Shown: piece after piece, positions 35,899 through 45,016 of the stretch
Position numbering within the stretch: the first letter of the stretch is position 1
How the letters are laid out: each line of letters starts with the position of its first letter
Origin: a virus
IMG/VR virus record: IMGVR_UViG_3300042914_004291
Location: 32,001 to 96,000 of that record
Direction: 5' to 3' (one strand)
Length of the DNA: 64,000 nucleotides
Notes under the pieces: model-generated
Database searches by the model: none
What the model saw: only the letters and a program-made list of their open reading frames with translations
What the model was told of the DNA's origin: nothing
Position numbers and translations under genes: made by a program

Positions 35899-35931
35899 GG
35901 TCTAAGACCATAACACTGTTGGATCTGGTTG

Positions 35932-36402
35932 TCAATATGGATTGGCTGGGATGGTTTCAGTTTCAGTCGGGTCAGTCGGTTGGACTACCGGCTGTTGAAC
36001 GATTGCGATTCCAAAGAGTTTGTTCACGGCTTCAGCCATGGCATCCGGATTGTTTCTGTTGCGCTCGATCAGCGATCTAATTTCAGACTTGTTCGCGTCA
36101 AGAATCTCTTGTGTTCGTTCTTCTTTGCGTTCTTCAATTGTCTTAACCAAGTCATTATAGGATCGTTCAATCTCTTCGCGACGCTTCCGCTCTGCCTCGA
36201 TCCCAGACTGAATCTCTTCAATCCTTGTGTTGTGCGACGCGAGCATGGCGTCGCGTTCCTTCATCATGTTCTCGATGAGCGACTCCTTGTTTTTTGCAAA
36301 TGCCAAGGTATATGCAGTAACTGCGGCAAACGCCAGCAAATACCAATATTTCTTGATTTTTTCAAACAGCCACGCAAACTTGGCTTTAATTGTCTGTATC
36401 AT
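35932..36402 (-). CDS. Inner-membrane spanin-like (Rz-like) protein
   Basis: N-terminal TM YWYLLAFAAVTAYTLAFA followed by a long coiled coil. Confidence 0.6.
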   Translation of the reverse strand: MIQTIKAKFAWLFEKIKKYWYLLAFAAVTAYTLAFAKNKESLIENMMKERDAMLASHNTRIEEIQSGIEAERKRREEIERSYNDLVKTIEERKEERTQEILDANKSEIRSLIERNRNNPDAMAEAVNKLFGIAIVQQPVVQPTDPTETETIPANPY

Positions 36403-36403
36403 C

Positions 36404-36916
36404 TCAATTTACCTCGTTCTTAACCTTCCCAAGTTTTCGCGCGAACAATTCTGCTTTTTCATACTCTTGTTCCTCCGGAGTGTCAACATTGGTTGCGTCT
36501 GCCAGCTCCTGCGCACTGATCATTTCTTCCAAAGCGTCAGTGCTAGAATATTCACCTTCTCCAACGTCGGCCGGTTCATGACTATCTGCCACTACTGTCG
36601 TCATTGTTTCCAGCAACACTGTCAGTCGGTTCAGGATTTCCCACTGCATTCTCTGCATGTCAACCAGCTTGTCCAGGCGCTGAATTATGACCATGTTTTC
36701 AAACTTTCTAAGCTGTTCAGACACCTCTTCGTTACTTGGCGCCTTCATCAAATCAAGCTTCTCATCTGTTGTGGTTTTATTTGAATGACGTTTGCTGACA
36801 TCCGTGTTTTTAGTTTTCAATCGCACATTGCCAGTTCTTGGTGCGCCTTTTCTCATCTGTGCCACCACCAACGATACCAAACTCTTAGCGACTTCTTCAT
36901 TTTTTTTGCTGTTCAT
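36404..36916 (-). CDS. Hypothetical protein
   Basis: 170-aa ORF, SD GGAGGA. Confidence 0.65.
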   Translation of the reverse strand: MNSKKNEEVAKSLVSLVVAQMRKGAPRTGNVRLKTKNTDVSKRHSNKTTTDEKLDLMKAPSNEEVSEQLRKFENMVIIQRLDKLVDMQRMQWEILNRLTVLLETMTTVVADSHEPADVGEGEYSSTDALEEMISAQELADATNVDTPEEQEYEKAELFARKLGKVKNEVN

Positions 36917-36931
36917 TCTTATCCTCCAACC

Positions 36932-37453
36932 TCAACCCTTGCTAGTGATCCTTTTCCGCGCGGCCTTTTCTTTCAGATCGATGATAGTGTCAGTGACACG
37001 TCTTTGTAAAAACTTGTCTTGTTTGAATGTTTTGAAGTTTAAGTTCGCAGCATTGATGCTTGTATCCATTTCATGGTCTATGTGCGCATTGTCATCACAT
37101 TCGTTCTCAGCTTCTTCTTGTCTACGCGCAGCTTCAATCAATGAATACAGAGAATTTTCATTCATGATCACATACTCATCGCCGCGGCGCACCGGATTCT
37201 GAACGGCATACTCCAGGATAGGAGCAAACACAGGATTTTTTTCTGCGATCATCCGGAAGACGTGTGACATCAGCTCCTGTAGTGATATGGCGTTGTCAAC
37301 AAGGACTCTTTGTGTGGCAATGATAGTGTCTCGTGGAACAGCGGCAGAAAAGCACGTATACCCTCGCTCTACCGTCTCACGGTAGGAAGATGAGGTGTAC
37401 AGTGCTATTTGTTGGATTACTTCTTCTGGGAGTTTTGATTGGCGGCGATTCAT
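36932..37453 (-). CDS. Hypothetical protein
   Basis: 173-aa ORF in a co-directional run. Confidence 0.6.
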   Translation of the reverse strand: MNRRQSKLPEEVIQQIALYTSSSYRETVERGYTCFSAAVPRDTIIATQRVLVDNAISLQELMSHVFRMIAEKNPVFAPILEYAVQNPVRRGDEYVIMNENSLYSLIEAARRQEEAENECDDNAHIDHEMDTSINAANLNFKTFKQDKFLQRRVTDTIIDLKEKAARKRITSKG

Positions 37454-37503
37454 TAGACTAACAAACTGATGTTGTGTCTTCTGATGACATCATGTGCAAG
37501 CCG

Positions 37504-38358
37504 TTAGATGTCTCCGCCCCCCAAGGCACCGGTTCCACCCGCAGGAACGCCGCCAGATTCCGGACCAGCACCACCGCTGAATGGCATTGCATATGCGTTC
37601 TCACGTCCTTTGACATTTGTCTTCGCTGAGAGTTTGAAGTCTTGTTCTAGGATAGACACCAACTCTTTTGCAAGGCGCGGAGAGTAGTTCTTTGAAATAT
37701 AGTACATAGCTCTGTTCAAGACCACACTCTGTGGATCCAGCAAAGTGTCATAGTTGATTGCAAGCCTTGCCACGCCCTCAGCAAATTTTCTAACATTTAT
37801 CTTTGGAACCGGCACAGTTTCGCCGCCAGATACATCTCCACTATCACCATCTGAAGATGAGCTATCATCGCCGCCGAGATCTGCAAAAGGATCACCGCCG
37901 CCACCACCGGCACCACCAAGTGGGTCGCTGCCACCACCGGCACCACCAGCGTCAGCGCCCGCGGCTGGGTCTGCTGCCGGATCTGGCTGCTGTTCAAAAA
38001 GAAATGCCGCCATGGTTGATGCTGACTTGTTTTTCTTTGGGCGTTGTTTGCTGGCTTCAAATACTTGTTGCATCGTTGTCAGGTCTGGCCTTTCATCCTT
38101 TGCAATAGTCGCAGTTGCAGCAGCACTCTTCTTTGCTAGTCCCTGAGCAGTTGCATCGCGTTCAAAACTGAAAAGATAGCTGTCAATCTTCTGATCAACG
38201 CTAGCATTTTTTTCACGCAAAGTATCTGTAGCGTCCGGAATTCCAGTCAGCCTAGGCTGCGGTTGTTGGTAGTTGGATGCGCCTTCACCGCCACTCTCTT
38301 GCTCGTTCAGATATCTGGAGAGTTTGTCGAAGAATTTTTTTGTTGATCGATGCATCAT
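37504..38358 (-). CDS. Hypothetical acidic Gly-rich protein, candidate head protein
   Basis: ATGA-coupled to the SOD-like gene; YLNEQ and FLFEQ motifs; Gly/Asp low-complexity linker. Confidence 0.7.
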   Translation of the reverse strand: MMHRSTKKFFDKLSRYLNEQESGGEGASNYQQPQPRLTGIPDATDTLREKNASVDQKIDSYLFSFERDATAQGLAKKSAAATATIAKDERPDLTTMQQVFEASKQRPKKNKSASTMAAFLFEQQPDPAADPAAGADAGGAGGGSDPLGGAGGGGGDPFADLGGDDSSSSDGDSGDVSGGETVPVPKINVRKFAEGVARLAINYDTLLDPQSVVLNRAMYYISKNYSPRLAKELVSILEQDFKLSAKTNVKGRENAYAMPFSGGAGPESGGVPAGGTGALGGGDI

Positions 38359-39239
38359 TCTGAGATCTTTCCTTCCATGATCGAGGTGATTGGGTTCTGG
38401 CCAACAACCATCACAGGACTATTACCAGATGATGTTGAATTGTAGGCTGGCTCGATAGCATATAGTTGCTGCATCTTGCTAACTTCCGCAGCAATCATTC
38501 TCATCTCAACCACACTCCAGTTGAACTCGCGCATTGAGTTGGCAACGTACGTGGATTTCTCACCAGGAAAATCATAAAACCATGCGTGATGCCAGGTATC
38601 TAGCACAATAACAGGAATGGCCATCAAAGGAATATGCTGGTCGTGTTTTTCAACTATGGCATTGAAATATCTGTCCTTGTATGGATCATAGAAACAAATT
38701 GCCCAACCTTCCATTGCATTCATCGCACATGCCATGAAGTCTAATTGCCATGCATCGAACGTACCCCAGTCGCGAGATAGTCTCATGAATGGTATGCTGT
38801 CTGCTCTGACAGTTGAGTTCAGATCACCTGAGTTAGTGAAATAAAGTTCATGCAGCTTCACGCCGTTCATGTTGTGCACTTCTTCAAGTTTAAGAGCTCT
38901 GAAATCAGAAACGTTTGGATTCAGTGTGTTGTCCGACGTCCTTTGCACAGAATCTAGCTTGGCACTCACCTTGTTGAAAGACGCAATGTAGATGTTGTAG
39001 AGCTTCTCGTGCAACTCTTTCGTGGTTGGACTAGTGAAATCAGAACGCTGTTGAAACACTCTAGGCATCAGAGCGACAGCTTCGTTCAGCATTGATTTTG
39101 CCGCAGAGATCACAGCTTGTTTTTCTGGGATCTTGACTCCGGCATTGTTCAGTGCTTCTCTCAGAGCTCGACGAATGATTCCATCGTGTGCATCTGAAGT
39201 ATATAGCTCCGGATGGTCGTTATCTTTTTTCTTTGTCAT
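38355..39239 (-). CDS. Fe/Mn superoxide dismutase-like protein with N-terminal extension
   Basis: ELHEKLY, NGVKLHELYFTN, DWGTFDAWQLDF, GWAI, PVIVLDTWHHAWFYDF, FNWSVVE. Confidence 0.85.
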   Translation of the reverse strand: MTKKKDNDHPELYTSDAHDGIIRRALREALNNAGVKIPEKQAVISAAKSMLNEAVALMPRVFQQRSDFTSPTTKELHEKLYNIYIASFNKVSAKLDSVQRTSDNTLNPNVSDFRALKLEEVHNMNGVKLHELYFTNSGDLNSTVRADSIPFMRLSRDWGTFDAWQLDFMACAMNAMEGWAICFYDPYKDRYFNAIVEKHDQHIPLMAIPVIVLDTWHHAWFYDFPGEKSTYVANSMREFNWSVVEMRMIAAEVSKMQQLYAIEPAYNSTSSGNSPVMVVGQNPITSIMEGKISE

Positions 39240-39267
39240 GGTTTGCCGTTGGTAATTCTACTAGTAA

Positions 39268-39900
39268 CTACCAGAGCAGTTTACCAAGACCAATAGCAGA
39301 ATCATTCTCTTCGTTCAGACATACGTCTTTGATCGCAGCCACATTCTCTGGCGTCTTCTTTCCTTGGACTTGGTACTGGTAGAGCTTGATCATCTTGTTG
39401 AACAGCGTGGATGGGATGACTTTGTCTGTGCTTAGTTGGTTGGCAACGTTAAGAACCTTGATCCATTCTTGTTGTCCGAGCGTGTTTTCGCCGCAAAACA
39501 AACTTTTGAATCCGTTCAGGAGCCTTCGCATCACAGATTGCCTGCTCTGTGGATCATACACCGAACGAAAAAATGCATACTGGTTTTCTTTTCCATCAAT
39601 CCCCCAGATCTTTGCTATGATCTCCGGTCTTTCAAGTACAATTGCCAGTGCACCGTTCATGATTTTCTTGAAGAAAGGATCATTTGGTGTCGGCGATGGT
39701 ATGCTTGTTCTACCATCATCTGGCACCGTGGTTGCAACCGTGCTAGGATGTGGCATTGTTCTCTTTCTAGAATCAAAAGCAGCTTTGAAACGATCAGTCA
39801 TCCTGCCAATCAGAGACTGTCTTTGCCCTTCTTCTGATAATTCATCCATTTCCATTAGAAATGACATCAAGGTTGCCTGTGGTTCTAGATCCGTTGACAT
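39268..39900 (-). CDS. Hypothetical protein
   Basis: ~210-aa ORF from ATG 39900. Confidence 0.6.
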   Translation of the reverse strand: MSTDLEPQATLMSFLMEMDELSEEGQRQSLIGRMTDRFKAAFDSRKRTMPHPSTVATTVPDDGRTSIPSPTPNDPFFKKIMNGALAIVLERPEIIAKIWGIDGKENQYAFFRSVYDPQSRQSVMRRLLNGFKSLFCGENTLGQQEWIKVLNVANQLSTDKVIPSTLFNKMIKLYQYQVQGKKTPENVAAIKDVCLNEENDSAIGLGKLLW

Positions 39901-39945
39901 AACGTACAATAACAATGCACGGAATGCAGGTTATCATCTCGCGAC

Positions 39946-39975
39946 TTGACAGGTAGGAGGTGCATGTGCTAAGGT
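39946..39975 (+). promoter_or_regulatory. Sigma70-like early promoter
   Basis: TTGACA-N18-TAAGGT with TGC before the -10; SD AAAGGAG before ATG 40002. Confidence 0.65.
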
Positions 39976-40001
39976 GCTCTGTGTGAAAGGAGCATGTACA
40001 C

Positions 40002-40283
40002 ATGCCTGAACGTGGATTTCGCTACGTTAACAAACGAGAGAATACCGGTAAAACTGGAGCATTTCCTGAGCACATCACGTCATTCAACCACGTGATGCAG
40101 GAAGATGTTACTCACACTGGTCTGCAACAAACAATCTTTGCTGGAACGACTGTGTCGATCAGCAAAACTGTTCAGTGCGCCAATGGGGTCTGGTTCAAGA
40201 CCAGCCTATCTGGAACACCGATCTGGTTTCTCGGACATGGTACGCGCTCCTACAGAACAATTTACCAAGGACAAGAAGAATAG
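40002..40283 (+). CDS. Hypothetical protein
   Basis: Promoter and SD upstream. Confidence 0.6.
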   Translation: MPERGFRYVNKRENTGKTGAFPEHITSFNHVMQEDVTHTGLQQTIFAGTTVSISKTVQCANGVWFKTSLSGTPIWFLGHGTRSYRTIYQGQEE

Positions 40284-40289
40284 GAAACA

Positions 40290-41123
40290 ATGGGAGCAGA
40301 AGACAAACAATACGTACAACTACTAGCGCCAGGACAGAAATTTCAAGTCGAGTTCAAACCTGGGAGTGAGGCTGCTGTACTTTCTGGTGAATACCGGGTA
40401 ACCGAGATCAAATCAGGTCGCGGTCGTGGCGGAACACTGAATGTTATAGCAGTTGACATGGCTGGCAATCTGATGCCTGATGTGCCAATCGAAGACCCAA
40501 AACACCGTGTTGTGATTGCCGATCGATGTTTCGGAACCAGCGCATGGCCAATGGTTCAAAAGTTCAGCATCGAAGGCCGTTTGATCTATGAAGCAGAAAC
40601 TGAGATAAAAGCTGTTGCGGCAAAAAAGACCGACGACACTAGGATCAAGAAAATCATCGCCGCACCCACAACGAGTGTTGCACCAAAAGTACCTAAGCCA
40701 CGATCAATGTCTGGTGTCAATAACCTGGATGCTGTCAGCCCAACTGCGACTATACCGCCAACTGCGGCAGACGGCGCAGGTACTGAGAAATCGAGCTTCA
40801 TCCAGCAACGAACTCAGTTGACCAATGCTCGGGTGCATGCAACGGCCAATCAACCAAAGAAGGTTTATGACTGCTTGCTCCCGATACTTGAAAACAGCAA
40901 AGCTGGCAAACCACTCCTGTTGCGATTTGCCGCTGTGCCTATGACCAACGAACTCAACGGAGACTACAGCGTGATTGATTACAAGAAAGTTGACGAGGGC
41001 CAACCAGCGCTCGTGATCAACCTTCAATCGCTTGATATTCCAAACAAAGTGGTTAAGTTCGAGACAAACCGCACCGACATTCACATCAAACGGATTGACG
41101 AGATCACACAGCCCGTACGCTGA
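40290..41123 (+). CDS. Hypothetical protein, possibly two related beta domains
   Basis: LSGEYRVTEIK and LNGDYSVIDYK separated by a Pro/Thr/Ala linker. Confidence 0.65.
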   Translation: MGAEDKQYVQLLAPGQKFQVEFKPGSEAAVLSGEYRVTEIKSGRGRGGTLNVIAVDMAGNLMPDVPIEDPKHRVVIADRCFGTSAWPMVQKFSIEGRLIYEAETEIKAVAAKKTDDTRIKKIIAAPTTSVAPKVPKPRSMSGVNNLDAVSPTATIPPTAADGAGTEKSSFIQQRTQLTNARVHATANQPKKVYDCLLPILENSKAGKPLLLRFAAVPMTNELNGDYSVIDYKKVDEGQPALVINLQSLDIPNKVVKFETNRTDIHIKRIDEITQPVR

Positions 41124-41150
41124 CCCTCACAAAGCCGTCCTATATTCGCT

Positions 41151-41702
41151 CTAGTCGATCAATAAATTTCCAACTCTTCTCGGCTGTCCGAACAAAGAAC
41201 GGCCATTGGATCGATTAACAGCCGCCTCTTCAACAAACAAAGTACCCATGTTGCTCATTGGTGGCGTCTTGATTGGTACAAGATTGATCTTTCGAGCTCC
41301 GGAACCTTCCTTGCCCAAGTCTATGACTGACAGGTTGCTGTCAAGGATCAAACCTTGAACAATGTTCTCTGCAACGATGAACTGGTCAAGGTGGCCAAGT
41401 TGATCTGTTCTTCCAACCTCCCTCATCAATTTATGATCTTCATCCACGCAGCGGTAGACTGAATACCCCGGATAAAGCGTAGCTGAGTTGTTTGAGGATG
41501 CTAGCCGTGGAGCAACGGCATCGGTGCTAGCACCATTTTGCTGTTGCATGATGCGTTTCATCAGCATTGCCTGTAGATCGCCAGGATCAATTGATCTGTC
41601 GTATGCTGGGGATTGCGTCCGCTGCTTGGTTGTGTGATGGCTGTGTTGTTGTGGTTGACGCATTCCTGGTAGGAACACTGATGGTGGTTCGTTGCTATTC
41701 AT
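41151..41702 (-). CDS. Hypothetical protein
   Basis: Gln/Pro-rich N-terminus, ATG 41702. Confidence 0.6.
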   Translation of the reverse strand: MNSNEPPSVFLPGMRQPQQHSHHTTKQRTQSPAYDRSIDPGDLQAMLMKRIMQQQNGASTDAVAPRLASSNNSATLYPGYSVYRCVDEDHKLMREVGRTDQLGHLDQFIVAENIVQGLILDSNLSVIDLGKEGSGARKINLVPIKTPPMSNMGTLFVEEAAVNRSNGRSLFGQPRRVGNLLID

Positions 41703-41738
41703 GTTACTGATGAATAACAATAAGAGGCTGAAGTTGAG

Positions 41739-41999
41739 TTATTTTACAGCGCTGACAAGAACGGGCGCCCAGCCTGAGCTTTTCATAACACGACTAAGCA
41801 ATGCACGTTGCTCAGACTGAAGGGCTGAGACGTCAAATGAAACAATATCTACAGAACGACCAACGTTCTCTGTGATGAATTTTGCGGCAGGCACCATCTG
41901 ATGCACGTGCAATTTCAAATCTACAAAGCTGCTTACAATCCCAGCCTGTGATCGGATGGCGTTTCTCTTGACGTATGTTTGTAGTTCTGGTGCTGACAT
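41739..41999 (-). CDS. Hypothetical protein
   Basis: 86-aa ORF in a co-directional run. Confidence 0.55.
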   Translation of the reverse strand: MSAPELQTYVKRNAIRSQAGIVSSFVDLKLHVHQMVPAAKFITENVGRSVDIVSFDVSALQSEQRALLSRVMKSSGWAPVLVSAVK

Positions 42000-42031
42000 A
42001 TCAATCCATTACGTAATAATACACCAAACAG

Positions 42032-42130
42032 TTATTTCTGTTTGTTTTCGTTCTTTATGTTCAGTGTAGCACCTAGCACACCAAACGCCAGTAGCAAACT
42101 CAGAGCGTTCATGAAAATTCCAAGAGTCAT
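42032..42130 (-). CDS. Small single-pass membrane peptide (32 aa)
   Basis: Below the ORF-track cutoff; hand translation MTLGIFMNALSLLLAFGVLGATLNIKNENKQK*, ATG 4 nt after the upstream stop. Confidence 0.5.
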   Translation of the reverse strand: MTLGIFMNALSLLLAFGVLGATLNIKNENKQK

Positions 42131-42134
42131 TGTT

Positions 42135-42440
42135 TCAGATGATCTTTCGAAGTTGAGAGCTACTCTGAGCTAAGAACGTTCGAACTTTCTTCAAAAACTC
42201 AACTGTGTAGAGCATCACACGTTTGCGTTCTTCCTCTGAGCCGGAACCAAACAATGGCTCACGGGTTGCTTCTTCACCTTCTTCGATCAACTTCGAGGCT
42301 TTCTCAGAAGTGTCATTGAGGAACGTAGTGACTTTCTTGAAATATGCTCCAAGATCTTTAGCGGAGCCGCCGCTGAGAGTTGCCGCTTCAGCATCCCTGG
42401 CTTCTTTGACTAGCTGTTTTAATGATTTGAATTTACTCAT
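42135..42440 (-). CDS. Hypothetical protein, candidate internal head protein
   Basis: N-terminus MSKFKSLKQLVKEA; late box TAGTTA at 42453-42458. Confidence 0.65.
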   Translation of the reverse strand: MSKFKSLKQLVKEARDAEAATLSGGSAKDLGAYFKKVTTFLNDTSEKASKLIEEGEEATREPLFGSGSEEERKRVMLYTVEFLKKVRTFLAQSSSQLRKII

Positions 42441-42455
42441 TGTATTATCTGCTAA

Positions 42456-43337
42456 CTAGAACTGAGAGGCAAAGGCAGCTTCGAAGGTGTTCATGTGCAG
42501 ATCAATCACCTTGTTGGCCGGTGTCTGATATCCACCGGCCAAGTTCCAGACAATTGGAACTTTGAAGTATTTGGCCATTTGAAACACGATCTGATCTCGT
42601 CTCAGCATCTGTTCTGTGGTAAGGAACCCACCATATGGGTCATCGATGTGTGGATCGGCGCCAGCTTGATAGAACAATAGACTACACCCCTTGAACTTTG
42701 TGGCCAGATAATCAGGTAGTTGATCTAGCCATGGCTCGTAGTCGATCTGTTTCTTGGCATACTTTCCAAAGGTTTCATGCACCAACCAGTGCCTGCTGAC
42801 GTCAAACTTTTCAATGATGTCCTGCGTGCCGTTTCCGTAGTGCGCATCAAAATCAATGATTCCGAACGTTTTCACATCGCGTGTGATCTGCTCTGCCCAG
42901 AGTTTGAACACTGCAATCATCAGGCCGTTGAAAGTGCAGAAACCCATTGCTTTGTCATAGCAAGCGTGATGGAAACCACTCGTTGGAGACATGGCCATTG
43001 TCTGGTTGTATAGTGCATGATTTGCAGCAGCAAACAGACTACCATTGGTCCATGGCAATGCAGCAGCAACTTCTGGGAGTTTGTTCCCAAAACCATTCTC
43101 GACTAATGAATTCAGCACTCCATCAACGTAATCCGAATCATGTGCTTGTTTGATGTCTTCTCTCGTCAGAGGCTGGAAATCAACTATTCTTAGTTTGTCA
43201 GGGTATCGCCGCAAAGCTTCTTCAACCACCATGGCGGGTTTGTGCGCCGAAGGACTAGTCGCCGAAACTTCAACCGTTAACGGAACTGATTGATTTTGAG
43301 AATAGAATATTGGAATGGATGGCTGCACCGTATTCAT
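42456..43337 (-). CDS. Zn-dependent histone deacetylase family protein
   Basis: AHDSDYV, SGFHHA, GFCTFNG, IIDFDAHYGNGT, YQAGADPHIDDPYG, NLAGGY. Confidence 0.93.
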   Translation of the reverse strand: MNTVQPSIPIFYSQNQSVPLTVEVSATSPSAHKPAMVVEEALRRYPDKLRIVDFQPLTREDIKQAHDSDYVDGVLNSLVENGFGNKLPEVAAALPWTNGSLFAAANHALYNQTMAMSPTSGFHHACYDKAMGFCTFNGLMIAVFKLWAEQITRDVKTFGIIDFDAHYGNGTQDIIEKFDVSRHWLVHETFGKYAKKQIDYEPWLDQLPDYLATKFKGCSLLFYQAGADPHIDDPYGGFLTTEQMLRRDQIVFQMAKYFKVPIVWNLAGGYQTPANKVIDLHMNTFEAAFASQF

Positions 43338-43343
43338 ACAGCC

Positions 43344-43373
43344 AGCCTAGCATGATGTGGGTGGATCTGTCAA
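43344..43373 (-). promoter_or_regulatory. Sigma70-like promoter for the deacetylase gene, probably leaderless
   Basis: Minus strand TTGACA-N18-TAGGCT, TGC before the -10, ATG 6 nt downstream. Confidence 0.65.
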
Positions 43374-44365
43374 CGTGCCATGGCTGGGTTGCTGAACACA
43401 CCGGAGTGTTGTCCATAACCAGAGAGGAAACCGCCCAAGCTTTGTCCAATTGTGTTTTTCAGCTTTGATTTGCTTGCGGCAAAAAACTCAGGAATGTCTC
43501 CAAGGATGTTGAAGATCTGAGCTTCGGCGCGAACGTTGTTTGCGATCACATCGTCGGTCAGCTCTAGACCAAACTTCTCGGCATCAAAGTTATTGATTCC
43601 TTTGAATGCATTCTTGACAATTGCACCACGTGTCGTTTTACCAGTCAGAGCATTGCCAATCTTTGCAAACATGCCAGTCTTTGCAGGGCCAGCAGTAGTT
43701 GTCTTAAGTTTCTGAACTGTCGCTTCATCACCAAAGAGCTTACCATATGCTTCGAAAAACTTCATGGCTTCGCCAAGTCGCTCAGCTACAATGTTCAGGA
43801 GCTTGTCAGGGTCTTCGATGTGCGCAACCTGTTCAAAAAATGCAGTTGTTTTCCCGCCCATTCCACGGCCAGCCGCAGTGGCCGTTGGTGCTCGCCTAGA
43901 AGCAAGTGGATCACCCTTTGGAACAAACTGCTTGGCTGGATGGTCGAATGACATATTCAGTTTATCCAGCGCACTTGCAACGACGCCAATCTGAAGCTCG
44001 TTCATCAACCAGCGTTTAAGCTCATTTCCACCATTGGCCGAGTTGGCAGCTAGAAGAACACCGATTGCTTTTTTGATTGCTTCAAACTTTGCAATCGATT
44101 CGTTGTCTGCTAGAGAAGCTTCAGCGATGAAGTGAAGCACAGCATGACGCTCCACAAGTTTGTTCAACTTTTCCAATCGCGATGTGGCATAGAGAGCCGC
44201 ACCAACTTGGTTCTTGCTCTCAGACAAAACTTTAGATTTGGTGTTCAGCTCGGTTATAACAGCATGAATCTCTCTGACGGTTGCAGAGCGACGCTCATTC
44301 ACAAATGATGCGAGCTTCGACACTTGTTGTTTCTTGATATTTGCTTTTTGTTTGTTCTTAGCCAT
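43370..44365 (-). CDS. Hypothetical helical protein, candidate internal virion protein
   Basis: 331-aa ORF; late box TATTTA at 44386-44391; FVNE/LSE/IAE motifs. Confidence 0.7.
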   Translation of the reverse strand: MAKNKQKANIKKQQVSKLASFVNERRSATVREIHAVITELNTKSKVLSESKNQVGAALYATSRLEKLNKLVERHAVLHFIAEASLADNESIAKFEAIKKAIGVLLAANSANGGNELKRWLMNELQIGVVASALDKLNMSFDHPAKQFVPKGDPLASRRAPTATAAGRGMGGKTTAFFEQVAHIEDPDKLLNIVAERLGEAMKFFEAYGKLFGDEATVQKLKTTTAGPAKTGMFAKIGNALTGKTTRGAIVKNAFKGINNFDAEKFGLELTDDVIANNVRAEAQIFNILGDIPEFFAASKSKLKNTIGQSLGGFLSGYGQHSGVFSNPAMAR

Positions 44366-44400
44366 GGTTTATACTACTATGGCCTTAAATACAAAACCAT

Positions 44401-44862
44401 CTAGTGAATGTCGCTGTTCGCCGCCATCAATTCAAAATAAACACGACTAACCCAAAGGTACCTTCTACCCATAAAAAAATATCTGGCCGCATCCTCCTCC
44501 CAGCTAGACACATCCATACACTCACCACACTTGTCACATTGCAACTGATTGGCAATCCTTCTGCGAAATACAGAAATATCTGGCATCAGAGTCCTGTAGT
44601 TTACAAAATCCCACCGGTTCCACTTCTCCGGATGAGGAAGGACCAGATCCCATCTGTGTCTGCACGCAAAGGCGTCTAGGACTTTATCTAGGAGCCTGCG
44701 AACATTGGTTGCTCGCAGCTCTGCCAGGATATCCTCATCAGCCGCTAATGGAATAACAAGCGCCTCTAAGTGAGTGTCTGATACTGTACTGCTCGACATG
44801 CCAAACCACCTCTGGTGACCTTTCCGGATGTTTTTGTTTAATGATGATTGTGTTGCTGCCAT
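44401..44862 (-). CDS. Hypothetical protein with CxxC pair
   Basis: ATG 44862 downstream of the promoter at 44904-44932; CRHRW...CDKCGEC. Confidence 0.55.
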   Translation of the reverse strand: MAATQSSLNKNIRKGHQRWFGMSSSTVSDTHLEALVIPLAADEDILAELRATNVRRLLDKVLDAFACRHRWDLVLPHPEKWNRWDFVNYRTLMPDISVFRRRIANQLQCDKCGECMDVSSWEEDAARYFFMGRRYLWVSRVYFELMAANSDIH

Positions 44863-44903
44863 GTGATCTAGCTTAACAACAAGAGAGGATGGCAACAAGA
44901 CAA

Positions 44904-44932
44904 GACCTAGCATATGCCCAGGTCTTTGTCAA
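44904..44932 (-). promoter_or_regulatory. Sigma70-like early promoter
   Basis: Minus strand TTGACA-N17-TAGGTC with TGC before the -10. Confidence 0.6.
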
Positions 44933-45016
44933 GTAGTTGTAGTAGCGAATGAGGAAGTTGTTTTTGAGATGATTATCAGAGGAACAGTTGTAGCACAGCT
45001 AAGTCGAATAGCGCCT

